A stretch of DNA of 36,458 nt from a virus (Duplodnaviria; Caudoviricetes). Below are positions 17,005 through 25,802 of this stretch, piece after piece (positions within the stretch are counted from its first letter, which is position 1; each line of letters starts with the position of its first letter). The notes beneath the pieces were generated by a model that was not told the origin of the DNA, made no database searches, and was given only the letters and a program-made list of their open reading frames with translations. The translations under genes were made by a program, and so were the position numbers. The stretch is from the IMG/VR virus record IMGVR_UViG_3300032318_002431, positions 1-36,458 of that record. One strand, written 5' to 3'.

Positions 17005-18215
17005 TTTTTAAAAATTGATAAAGTAAAGTCTTTTTTACCCGATACTGTGTTATAAATTTCTTGTTCAATTCCACCTTTTGCGAAAATCCAGTAAATTTTA
17101 TTTTCCTTGCGTTCCATGGTTGTGAGCCTATCTCGGCTCTGCCAATAACTTACCGCTGAAAAGTCAATGTTATAATAAACAATCGCATCAGCTTTGGAAA
17201 GGTTAATTCCCTCACGCCCTGATACTATTTGTAAGGCAATAGATTTGTTTGTATCGTTAAATTCGGACAATTCAGTTGTCAAGGATTCTTGGAATGCTGA
17301 TTTTAAAGCATCTAGTTCAGCCTTAAACTTGTAAAATACAACTATCTTTTGGTAAGCAAATCTAACATAAATAAACACCGCTTTTGAGTTGTCAAATACT
17401 AAAGAATTGCCGCTCTCAAATTTTACTGTACCAGAATACATCTGATGCGTTTTCTGCATTAATTTTACAGCTGTATCCGCAAGTATAACCTCATCTTTAC
17501 CCTCAATTACTAGGTCTCGCTTTAATCGTTCTATAACGGCGTATGTTTCTTTATTCATTTCAACTTCCAAGATTTCTTCGTCAATTGTAGTGGTGAAACC
17601 AGCCTCTTTTTGCGTGTAAGTAATAAAATATGGCTCAATTATTTTAAATATTTTATCGTGATCAGCCCTAGAGTAGTCGTTTATCGTGCCGTGCGGTAGC
17701 TTCCTTTGTCGAATGTCCACAAAATCCTTAGCCCACTTATAAAATGTAGGGTAATTGCTAAATGGTGCGTATTTTGTTAAATTTAATTGATGGTAGAATT
17801 GCGAGTAGCTCTCAGGGCTTGGCGTGCCACTTAGGCATATCAATGGCTTGCCGTAAAATTTCGTTTTAAAAACATCCTGACCTTTAGATGGCTTAGGATA
17901 AGATCCATATTTATGGTGTTCATCACTTATGATGAGGTCGTAATCGTTCAAGGCTTTGTGTAAGGATTCTGCATTGGTAATTTTTATTTCAAAATGTTCT
18001 TTAAATCCGAAAGCCTCATAATCACCTTTAACCGAACTAAAAGCCCGGATTTTTGTAACAAACAAAACTTTTTTTGCCCCAAATAAACGAGCAGCCTCCA
18101 ACGCCATAAGTGTTTTTCCGCATCGGACTTCGGCTGAAATATAAACGAATTTATATTTTTCCAATTTTTCAAAGGCTAATTTGCCAATTTTAATTTGATA
18201 CTCCCTCATTTCCAT
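16992..18215 (-). CDS. SF2 (SNF2-like) helicase
   Basis: RCGKT, ISDEHH, LSGTP, SGREGINL and WQSRDR motifs. Confidence 0.9.
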   Translation of the reverse strand: MEMREYQIKIGKLAFEKLEKYKFVYISAEVRCGKTLMALEAARLFGAKKVLFVTKIRAFSSVKGDYEAFGFKEHFEIKITNAESLHKALNDYDLIISDEHHKYGSYPKPSKGQDVFKTKFYGKPLICLSGTPSPESYSQFYHQLNLTKYAPFSNYPTFYKWAKDFVDIRQRKLPHGTINDYSRADHDKIFKIIEPYFITYTQKEAGFTTTIDEEILEVEMNKETYAVIERLKRDLVIEGKDEVILADTAVKLMQKTHQMYSGTVKFESGNSLVFDNSKAVFIYVRFAYQKIVVFYKFKAELDALKSAFQESLTTELSEFNDTNKSIALQIVSGREGINLSKADAIVYYNIDFSAVSYWQSRDRLTTMERKENKIYWIFAKGGIEQEIYNTVSGKKDFTLSIFKKWKK

Positions 18216-20484
18216 TGTTCATTTTCTTTAAATAATCGTAAATAGTTACTCGTGATACGCCCAGTAATTCTGCTGCTTTTGTTTTGTTGAAATCAGGATT
18301 TTCTTCAAATAATGCTTTGATTTTGTCGCCTATTTTATCAACTTTCTTAGTTGAGTTTATCATATCTTTTGTTTCCGAAATTTCTATTTTCATTTTTTTA
18401 GCTTGTGCCACAAAATAATTACTCAATTTTTCGGCTTTCAACATGCTTTCTTTGCTAATTAGTAAAGCGTCGGGTGTTTCGCTAAAATTATACTCAAACA
18501 AATTAATCAGCAACGCAAAGCGTGGAATGTATGAACGCTGCTTTGGGTACATGCTTTTTAAATACTCATTTTCGTTCATATCATTCTGTTTTTCGACGTT
18601 TTTGTTGTAAATTCTTTCAAATTCATTTTCTGCATCTTTGGAAAAACGACAAATTTTAGGAATTATTTCTCCGTTCTGACCTCGAACGATTAGTTTTTGT
18701 ATAATTTCATAAAAACAAACTATTTCATTTGAATAATCCTGAATGATTTTTTCGTCCATTTGTTTCCTGTTGAAATTTTCCGCCTTTACGTCTGGAAAAG
18801 ACAGAAGCATTCGATCCATAAATCCATTTTCTTTATTTTCTTCGGTGTAAAGCGACGAAAAAATACTAGGCTGTACGCCGCCTAAAACAGGCATAGAAGC
18901 CCTTTCGACAAAAGAAGATTTAGCCGTCTTTCTGTTCAAATATATTTCTCCACCGCTCCAAGAGCTGAGCCAATTTTCAGTGTCCGAGCCCGAACGATAT
19001 TTATTCATATCCCTAAACCAACCTGCAATCTCGTCCTTAAAGATACCAACCGAATTGTCAGATTCTTGATGCAACTCGATTAAAGCCTCTAATGTGATAT
19101 CATTGGCTATAAATTGTCCGTTTTTTGGTTTTTTTTCATCTGGAACCTGTTCTTTTTCTTTCTTGTCCAGTGCCATATATTTGGCGTATTTTTCTGATTC
19201 ATGCGAATATTTTTTAATTTCTTTTGAATTGATATTTTTTAGCGGAAAAATAACATTATAAATACTCGGAGTCTTTCCCACGCCTGCCTTTCCAATTAAA
19301 GCCAGCCAAACCACAGACGGCTCAATATGTCCAACTGACACTTGGACAGCGAAGCAATTACCTACACAAACCGAAATAAGCCATAGTAACGAGCACCCCA
19401 TATAGTCCACGTTTAAAGAAAGTTTATCTTTACTTTCATATATATAATTTTGAATAAAAGGGTGGAAAATTTCTATAGGAAATTCAACGTCTTTAATTTT
19501 TTTTATTGGCTTTATTTCATTTAAAACCTCTTTTTTTTGCCGCCTACGGCTTCCAAAGCCCTGATCGTAAAGGTCGTTAATAGCCGCTTTTATGTCCTGC
19601 TTGTGATATTTACAAGCGTATGCAAAAAATGGAGTAATTAACTTCTCGTGGGGGTAAATCGTGCCCGTCGAAAATAAATAAACCGCATTTTTATTTTTAA
19701 AAATAGAACCACTTTGAGCATTTTTTGAGCCGTTTCTTTTTATTAAAATGAAAAATTCTTTATTGCCTCGTGGAATTATAGTAAAATCATCCTGTATTAT
19801 AGTCCAAATATCTGTTTTTTGGTTAAAATCGTCCCAAGGGGTTATTTCTCCATCCTGATATATTTTAACGTCTGTTTTTGGAGTTATTTTTGTTAATTCA
19901 ACTCTTGAATCATAGGATTTTGATATATTCCAAATTGTATCTCTGTCCTGATCTGATATATATTCGACAGAAAAATAACCGTTTTTTGAAACCCTTTTAT
20001 CAGGGTAAACAAAAATATAACCACCAATCCCTCTTGTCTCAATTACGGCTTCAACATGACCGTTGAGAACTGCTATTTTTTCATTACCACGTACTCTTTT
20101 TGACTTGTAAAGCAAATGATAACCGCCGGACTTGGTCTGGTAAATTACTATTTTATCGTCGAAATTTAGGATATTTTCTTTAATTGTAGATAGATATTCG
20201 TTCCAAAAATCATCTTTTTCTATTTGTGTAGAAAAAACTTTTGTGTCAATATCAATTACTTCTAAATCTTCAAATCCAGTTACAATCCCTACACCTTGAG
20301 TTGGTGCAATTTCTGAACCATCTGAGCGAAAAATACCACCTTTATAATTTAAATTCTTTAAAAAAGAATCATTTGGTAATTTTTCAGACTGTTGCTTTTT
20401 CCAAGGGAAATTTGGTACTTTATTTTCCCCGATTGTAATTATCGAAAAAAACTCAAGAAATTTTAAATATCTTTTTTCATCCAT
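18190..20484 (-). CDS. Prim-Pol primase fused to a DUF3987-like P-loop NTPase and C-terminal HTH (replication initiator)
   Basis: VIDID, TKSGGYH and IETRGIGGY (Prim-Pol); GKAGVGKTP and FKDEIAGW (NTPase); KAAELLGVSRVTIY (HTH); start likely ATG 20484. Confidence 0.9.
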   Translation of the reverse strand: MDEKRYLKFLEFFSIITIGENKVPNFPWKKQQSEKLPNDSFLKNLNYKGGIFRSDGSEIAPTQGVGIVTGFEDLEVIDIDTKVFSTQIEKDDFWNEYLSTIKENILNFDDKIVIYQTKSGGYHLLYKSKRVRGNEKIAVLNGHVEAVIETRGIGGYIFVYPDKRVSKNGYFSVEYISDQDRDTIWNISKSYDSRVELTKITPKTDVKIYQDGEITPWDDFNQKTDIWTIIQDDFTIIPRGNKEFFILIKRNGSKNAQSGSIFKNKNAVYLFSTGTIYPHEKLITPFFAYACKYHKQDIKAAINDLYDQGFGSRRRQKKEVLNEIKPIKKIKDVEFPIEIFHPFIQNYIYESKDKLSLNVDYMGCSLLWLISVCVGNCFAVQVSVGHIEPSVVWLALIGKAGVGKTPSIYNVIFPLKNINSKEIKKYSHESEKYAKYMALDKKEKEQVPDEKKPKNGQFIANDITLEALIELHQESDNSVGIFKDEIAGWFRDMNKYRSGSDTENWLSSWSGGEIYLNRKTAKSSFVERASMPVLGGVQPSIFSSLYTEENKENGFMDRMLLSFPDVKAENFNRKQMDEKIIQDYSNEIVCFYEIIQKLIVRGQNGEIIPKICRFSKDAENEFERIYNKNVEKQNDMNENEYLKSMYPKQRSYIPRFALLINLFEYNFSETPDALLISKESMLKAEKLSNYFVAQAKKMKIEISETKDMINSTKKVDKIGDKIKALFEENPDFNKTKAAELLGVSRVTIYDYLKKMNNGNEGVSN

Positions 20485-20531
20485 AAAAAAAAGCCCCAAG
20501 ATAAAAAAATTAGCGTTTTTTATCCTAGAGC
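20485..20531 (-). terminator. Intrinsic terminator/attenuator hairpin abutting the primase start codon
   Basis: 16-bp stem (20493-20508 with 20516-20531, three G-U pairs on the minus strand), 7-nt loop, then U8 and AUG. Confidence 0.8.
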
Positions 20532-20590
20532 CAAATTAAAAGGTTACACCTCTTATTTTTTCACAATCGCGCTAATCAATTGTTTTGTAA
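20485..20590 (-). ncRNA. Structured cis-regulatory leader RNA (three hairpins, complementary loops)
   Basis: Hairpin 20563-20583 with loop AUUAGCG; hairpin 20537-20555; terminator with loop CGCUAAU. Confidence 0.7.
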
Positions 20591-20593
20591 TAG

Positions 20594-20627
20594 TGCAAAT
20601 TTAATACTTTTTTTTCAATCTACCAAA
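20594..20627 (-). promoter_or_regulatory. Bacteroidota-type promoter for the replication operon
   Basis: TTTG (20624-20627), 20-nt spacer, TAAATTTG (20596-20603). Confidence 0.7.
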
Positions 20628-20629
20628 TT

Positions 20630-20968
20630 TATATATATATATATAAAAGTAAAGTGTAAAGTACTTTACGCTTTACAGTGAAAATGAAAAACCAAAAAAG
20701 GTAGTGTTTTTGCCATTTCGCAAAAAAAAGTGTAAAGTAAAGTGTAAAGTAAAGTGTAAAGTAAAATTAGCCTTTTTTCCAGTGTTTACCTATGTTTTGT
20801 TCAAAAAAAGTGTAAAGTTTACACTTTTGTATATTTTATTTTTATTTTTATATTTTTATATTTATTTTCTATAAAGTGTAAACTTTACACTTTACACTTA
20901 AAAAGCTAGTGTTTATCTAAAAAACTAGTGTAAAGTACTTTACACTACTTTACACTAGTTTACACTTT
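20630..20968. repeat. Iteron-like GTGTAAA array with palindromes; putative replication origin
   Basis: 7 forward and 6 reverse exact GTGTAAA copies, (AAAGTGTAAAGT)x3, a (TA)8 tract; adjacent to the primase gene. Confidence 0.75.
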
Positions 20969-21485
20969 TTTTTTGAACAAAAACAGATAATTCTTTATAA
21001 TCATTTTTTTCACATGATCTTTTTACGTAAAAATTACCTCCGTCTACGGAATAGAATGATCCGTTATCGTCTTTGTGACAGACATAATCATACCTATTTT
21101 TACTTATTAAAACAGTGCCATCCGGTGTTTGGATTGCGTTTAATATAATTTCTTTATATAATTTTTCTGCATTTTTTTTAATCAAATTCTCATGTCTTAA
21201 ACCCATCGTGTAAGATTTGTAATTGATATGCTGAGGATTTTTGTTAAAAACATTAAAATCAGTCTCTTCGTTTGACCAATTTTTAATACAACCCTTAGGC
21301 TGATTGGTTTTTAAATCAAATATAATGTCGGATAAATTGAAATAATATTGAAAAGAAAATGAAGCTATTCCCCCAATTTCATAATCAACCCATCCTTCAA
21401 AATCAATTTGTTGTTTTTTTTCAAATTTTGCAACAAATTCGTTACAAATGAACTCGTATTTTTCCTTTAATTCTTTTGTTTTCAT
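20955..21485 (-). CDS. Hypothetical two-domain protein with a conserved phage C-terminal domain
   Basis: C-terminal NAIQTPDGTVLIS...YDYV...VDGG...R motif; start likely ATG 21485. Confidence 0.7.
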   Translation of the reverse strand: MKTKELKEKYEFICNEFVAKFEKKQQIDFEGWVDYEIGGIASFSFQYYFNLSDIIFDLKTNQPKGCIKNWSNEETDFNVFNKNPQHINYKSYTMGLRHENLIKKNAEKLYKEIILNAIQTPDGTVLISKNRYDYVCHKDDNGSFYSVDGGNFYVKRSCEKNDYKELSVFVQKKSVN

Positions 21486-21501
21486 AAATTTATCATTTTT
21501 T

Positions 21502-21726
21502 TTAATAAAACCATTCTGTTTTTGTCGCATCTTTGTCTTTTTTTGATAAAAATGTTTGAATAACAGATGTGTTCATAAAATTGTCTGTTTTATCAATGAA
21601 AAAAGCTAATTTTAAAGCTCTTTTATTTTTTATTTTTTTTAATGCGGATTTTTTGGAAGTGAAAATTCCAGATTCTTGCTCTTGTTTTCCAAAATCTTTG
21701 TATTCTAAAATTTTATAAACCTTCAT
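21502..21726 (-). CDS. Hypothetical protein
   Basis: Likely start ATG 21726 (MKVYKIL), just after the upstream stop. Confidence 0.55.
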   Translation of the reverse strand: MKVYKILEYKDFGKQEQESGIFTSKKSALKKIKNKRALKLAFFIDKTDNFMNTSVIQTFLSKKDKDATKTEWFY

Positions 21727-21728
21727 TT

Positions 21729-21986
21729 TTATTTTAATTGATTTAACGCTTCTTCTAAATTCTCTATTTTTTTTTGGCGATCTATTATTCTTTCTTCCCA
21801 ATCTCTTATTCTTTCTTCATATTTTTTTACTATAATTGTCATTATAAATATTATTACAAACATTAAGTACATTATCGAAGTAAACCGTTTTAGCAAACTC
21901 GTTTCTTTCACTATAACTATTATCATGAATGTTATCATGAATGTTAAACAAATTAATGAAGCTAGAAGAAACCATTGTTGATCCAT
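21729..21986 (-). CDS. Two-TM membrane protein with C-terminal coiled coil
   Basis: Two hydrophobic helices followed by a charged heptad tail. Confidence 0.65.
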   Translation of the reverse strand: MDQQWFLLASLICLTFMITFMIIVIVKETSLLKRFTSIMYLMFVIIFIMTIIVKKYEERIRDWEERIIDRQKKIENLEEALNQLK

Positions 21987-22055
21987 ATTTTTTTTTTATT
22001 TTATTTTTTTTTTGTAACTTTGTAATGCTTTTTCATACATTAATTTTTAAATCGA

Positions 22056-22098
22056 AAAAAACCCACGTTGGATTAATCCAATTTGGGTATTTTTTTTT
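22056..22098. terminator. Probable bidirectional intrinsic terminator
   Basis: Hairpin 22061-22088 (ACCCAcgTTGGA-TTAA-TCCAAttTGGGT) with an A-run on the left and a T-run on the right. Confidence 0.7.
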
Positions 22099-22166
22099 AA
22101 TGCATTAAATAAATTAAATTTTTAATTATTATTATCAAAATAATAATCAGTAAAAAAATTATAACA

Positions 22167-22403
22167 TCAAAAAGATGTATTTTTCTTTTCATTTTCTCTT
22201 TTTATTAAAATTGGTTTTTTATTTTTTGCTAAAAGTTTGTTAACTTGCTCAACATTGTAAATTTTTGTTTTTTTTAAAACACAATGAGGAAATTTTAGTT
22301 CTTTATTAAATTTATGAAAAAAAACACTCACTGATATTTCTGTTTTAGAATATTTTTCAAAATAATATTCTCTAGCTATTTCGCTCGCTTTTTTATACGC
22401 CAT
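22167..22403 (-). CDS. Small basic protein, possible excisionase-like/HTH DNA-binding protein
   Basis: 78 aa, basic; ASEIAREY and KIYNVEQVNKLL resemble a winged-HTH Xis-type layout. Confidence 0.45.
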   Translation of the reverse strand: MAYKKASEIAREYYFEKYSKTEISVSVFFHKFNKELKFPHCVLKKTKIYNVEQVNKLLAKNKKPILIKRENEKKNTSF

Positions 22404-23079
22404 ATTCCGATTTTAAAAAATTTCTGCACAATTCTACTTTTTGATATATTTTATCAATTTTTTTTTGACACCTTGGTATTTTTTTTACAAAAACACGTTC
22501 TTCAATAATTATATCTGAATATTTGCCGTTTTTTTCAATATCATCAAACAAATTTTTGAATTTCATATCACCTTCTGAGCCTAAGCCCAATTTATATGCC
22601 AAACTTCTTTTTTCGCCGTCTAAAATATGGTCAGGCGTATCTACCAAGCAATAAACTAGTTCAGCTTCCTCAGCCCCTGTAAGTGCCATGTAGCCCTGCA
22701 ATTGCCAATCGTACGCCTTGTTTATGTCATCCATTTTTGCCTTATGAAAGGTAAATATATCCCAAGAACTTTTTATATCAATCACTTTTTTTTCTAAAAT
22801 TATGTCGGGCGTTCCAGAAATAAAATCATTTTGAAAATTCTTCTCATTTTTTTTGTAAAAAGTATTATAAAAAAGAGAAAGTAGCGTAATACTATCCTCT
22901 TCAACCAAGGTGCCTTTCTCCATATATTTGCTTGAGACATCTTTTTTTCTTCCATATTTTTCCCTTATGAAAACTTCTTGCAAGTATGTTTTGCAAGTTT
23001 CGGAAAGTACCTCAGATTTGCTCCGAGGTTCAGTCATTATAGCCCCTAAAGAGGAGCACCTAAATAGTATTTGTTTCAT
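22393..23079 (-). CDS. YqaJ / lambda-exonuclease-like recombination nuclease
   Basis: RCSSLG, MEKGTLVE, GTPD, DIKSSW and YDWQLQGYM motifs. Confidence 0.9.
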   Translation of the reverse strand: MKQILFRCSSLGAIMTEPRSKSEVLSETCKTYLQEVFIREKYGRKKDVSSKYMEKGTLVEEDSITLLSLFYNTFYKKNEKNFQNDFISGTPDIILEKKVIDIKSSWDIFTFHKAKMDDINKAYDWQLQGYMALTGAEEAELVYCLVDTPDHILDGEKRSLAYKLGLGSEGDMKFKNLFDDIEKNGKYSDIIIEERVFVKKIPRCQKKIDKIYQKVELCRNFLKSEYGV

Positions 23080-23842
23080 TTTCTATTTCTGTTTTTTTTG
23101 TTTCAAATTCTACTTTAAATTCGTCAATTTTATTTTCAATAAATTTTAAAACGCCCTCTTTATCCCTTTCTATCTCTGTTTTTTTTGTTTCAAATTCTAC
23201 TTTAAATTCCTCAATTCTATTAATTGGAATTGAATTTTTTAAATTTTCCAAATCCTCTGTGTTTTGGCTTTTTTCAATAAATTTTAAAATTCTTTCGCCC
23301 TCAACATCTTTTTTTTCAGGTGCCAAATCTTCTAATTCGTCCACCGAGTGCATTCCTGAGGTTATTTGACTTGCAAATAATCGGCTGAAAAAAGTTGCCG
23401 ACCTGTACATTATCATTAATTCAGGCATGTTTTTCCATTTGCTGCCGGGCTTCTGAGCCCAACCCTCGGCAATTGCCATCTGCATAGTTACTTTTGGCGA
23501 TTTTAAAACTGCACCTGTCTTGCTGCAAGTACCAAAAGCTGTGCATTCTAAAGTATTACCGTGCCCTTTCACGTCGAACGCCAACGGCCCGGTAATTATT
23601 CCGCTTGAATTGATTAAAGCAATCAAGAAAGTCGATGAAAAACTGGGCTTGCCTTGAATTACATCTAAATTTTGCATGACCATTAAAGGCTCGCATTGCA
23701 TTCTTTTTGCCATACCAATTGCAATCATGCAATCAGCTACGTTTCCTTGATACCTTTTTGGCACTAATGCACTTACCGAAAGTGCTTTAGCCAATCTTAC
23801 TTCTGCATTCAAGCTTTCTGTTTCTGTTTTTGTTATTTCCAT
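23060..23842 (-). CDS. RecT-like single-strand annealing protein
   Basis: LVPKRYQGNVADC...VMQNLDVIQGKPSFS...KWKNMPELMIMYRSA; paired with the exonuclease. Confidence 0.82.
   Translation of the reverse strand: MEITKTETESLNAEVRLAKALSVSALVPKRYQGNVADCMIAIGMAKRMQCEPLMVMQNLDVIQGKPSFSSTFLIALINSSGIITGPLAFDVKGHGNTLECTAFGTCSKTGAVLKSPKVTMQMAIAEGWAQKPGSKWKNMPELMIMYRSATFFSRLFASQITSGMHSVDELEDLAPEKKDVEGERILKFIEKSQNTEDLENLKNSIPINRIEEFKVEFETKKTEIERDKEGVLKFIENKIDEFKVEFETKKTEIENETNTI
23080..23221. repeat. 55-bp direct repeat (52/55 identical, 87-bp period) in the RecT-like 3' end
   Basis: Copies at 23080-23134 and 23167-23221, each encoding EFKVEFETKKTEIE. Confidence 0.9.
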
Positions 23843-23862
23843 ATTTATTTTACGTATTTTTA

Positions 23863-24234
23863 TTATTTATTTTTTATAACACATTTTCCTCTTTTTTTAA
23901 GTTCTGTTTCCCAGTTTAACTCAAAATCATTTAAATTGAATTGCAACAAAATATCAAGCCATGATTTTATTAAATTTGAAAAAACTATTTGAAATCTTTG
24001 ATCATCTTGACCTCTTTGCAAAATAACTTGAAAATATTCTTTTGGAAATTTATACTCATTGTAAAACTTTATAACATCGTAAATTTGATGCCATTGATGC
24101 GTGCCTATATCTGTGCCGCCTATTATAGTTTTAATTTTTCTCATAACTGAAGATGGAAAAAAATTTTTTTCAATTAATAAAAAAACATCTTCTTTTGTTT
24201 TTTCTTCTTTTTTTGTAAAATTAAAATTAATCAT
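23863..24234 (-). CDS. Hypothetical protein
   Basis: 123-aa ORF with ATG and A-rich leader, in operon. Confidence 0.7.
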   Translation of the reverse strand: MINFNFTKKEEKTKEDVFLLIEKNFFPSSVMRKIKTIIGGTDIGTHQWHQIYDVIKFYNEYKFPKEYFQVILQRGQDDQRFQIVFSNLIKSWLDILLQFNLNDFELNWETELKKRGKCVIKNK

Positions 24235-24263
24235 AATATTATTTATTTGTTTTTTTTAAACTA

Positions 24264-25430
24264 TTAAAAGCCAGCCATATAAAATTGGCTTGTATTCTCG
24301 AACCTAGACAAAGCAACATATTGAATGCTTATCCAGTCTTTTTTGTTATATCTTTTTGCGTCCAAAATGCTAGCGTGCAAAATTCCTTTTTGCAAAGTCA
24401 AACCTTGGCAACGGCGTATGGATAAATAATTTGCGGGTAAAATCGGCATGAAAAGATAAGATTTTTCTATCTTTTTTATTTCAAAATCATCATTTTGAAC
24501 AGTTGTTATATATTTTTTCTCGCAAAGCGAAACAAAAACAACTACTCCATTATCTTTTTTTATTTTTATTTTTTCATCTATAAAATCTAAGATAATTCCA
24601 GTTTCGCCGTTGCAATATCCTTCACGCATGCTGTTTTTTGTTATAATAACTGGCATTCCTTGCCAAACTTTAATATTTGAGTACGATTTGTCTTGGTCTT
24701 CCTCTTCGCAATAAAAATGATATTCTTTGACACCATCTGGACACTTAACGTTTGCATTTAATTTGTCCATCAAAGATCGGTTAGCAACGATTTTTATTGC
24801 GTTCTCATTCTCTATTTTTTTGTTATGATTTTTTTTGATAAAAATTTCAGTTTCTTTACAAATACCATTTTCTCTGATTTTTTGTAATATGTTAAAAAAT
24901 TCTTGATCTTCTTTCTGTCTAACATTTTCGTTTAATTTGATAAAATAAAAATGTTTTAAAATTTCTGAATTTTGCAAACTATTCCCCCAACCAACAGACG
25001 GCATCTGTTTAAAATCTCCAGCCACAATAATTTGGAAGCCACCGAAAGGCTTTTTTCTTTCACCTTTACAACGAAGTCCAACGTCTATTTGTCTGAATTG
25101 TTCTTCGGAAAGCAAACAAATCTCGTCAATAACAATTATACTGTTTTTTGGATATTTTTCCCATTTATTATTTTCTCGTATCTCATCGTCTGTTTGATCA
25201 TACAAAAATAGAGATAATGCAATACTTGAGCTTACTGTTACGCCGCCTAAATTTAGAGCCGCAATCCCAGTACTTGCGTAAAGATAAACTGTTCTTTCTG
25301 TTATTTCTGCTAAACTTTTAAGAAGAAAGGTTTTTCCTGTTCCAGCGACACCCTCAATAAAGATATTTTTGCCTTGTTTTGCTGCCAAAATAACTTTTTT
25401 TTGGCTCTTTGTTAAAAATTTTAAATTCAT
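24264..25430 (-). CDS. Pif1/RecD-like SF1B helicase
   Basis: GVAGTGKT, ASTGIAA, VIDEI, PFGG, GDFKQM, ENVRQ, NGETG and CQGLTL motifs. Confidence 0.92.
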   Translation of the reverse strand: MNLKFLTKSQKKVILAAKQGKNIFIEGVAGTGKTFLLKSLAEITERTVYLYASTGIAALNLGGVTVSSSIALSLFLYDQTDDEIRENNKWEKYPKNSIIVIDEICLLSEEQFRQIDVGLRCKGERKKPFGGFQIIVAGDFKQMPSVGWGNSLQNSEILKHFYFIKLNENVRQKEDQEFFNILQKIRENGICKETEIFIKKNHNKKIENENAIKIVANRSLMDKLNANVKCPDGVKEYHFYCEEEDQDKSYSNIKVWQGMPVIITKNSMREGYCNGETGIILDFIDEKIKIKKDNGVVVFVSLCEKKYITTVQNDDFEIKKIEKSYLFMPILPANYLSIRRCQGLTLQKGILHASILDAKRYNKKDWISIQYVALSRFENTSQFYMAGF

Positions 25431-25498
25431 ATTATTTATTTATTTATTTTATTTATTTATTCAAGATTCATCCAGCAATCAAATAGCCAGCTTATTTT

Positions 25499-25777
25499 TT
25501 ATAAAAAAGGAACTACCCTTTTTTCGTAAATTTCTAGGCAAATTCTAAAATCATGTTTTTTTCTTTCGCATAAAAATGGTTCTGCGAAATTTCCATTGCA
25601 AAGATCGTTATACATGCCTTTAAGCATCCATTCTTTGTCTGCTTTAAAAATATCTTCTTCTATTAAATTGTAGAAATCCCTGCAAGAGTTAGCTATTATT
25701 TGCCTTCCTTCTGATGTGAAGGTTTTAGCTTTTTCTACATTTTCTTTTAATTTTGTAATTTCTTTGTATTTTTTCAT
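25499..25777 (-). CDS. Hypothetical protein (first gene of the leftward early operon)
   Basis: 92-aa ORF downstream of the TAACTTTG box. Confidence 0.7.
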   Translation of the reverse strand: MKKYKEITKLKENVEKAKTFTSEGRQIIANSCRDFYNLIEEDIFKADKEWMLKGMYNDLCNGNFAEPFLCERKKHDFRICLEIYEKRVVPFL

Positions 25778-25802
25778 TTTAATGTATTTTAATAACTTGG
25801 GG

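Noticed and set aside
20650-20968. Repeat array as a CRISPR array
   Set aside because: Repeats are 7-12 bp, in both orientations and irregularly spaced; no unique equal-length spacers and no cas genes.
25431-25471. (ATTT)n tract upstream of the Pif1-like helicase
   Set aside because: Low-complexity A-rich translation leader on the minus strand; expected in this AT-rich genome.
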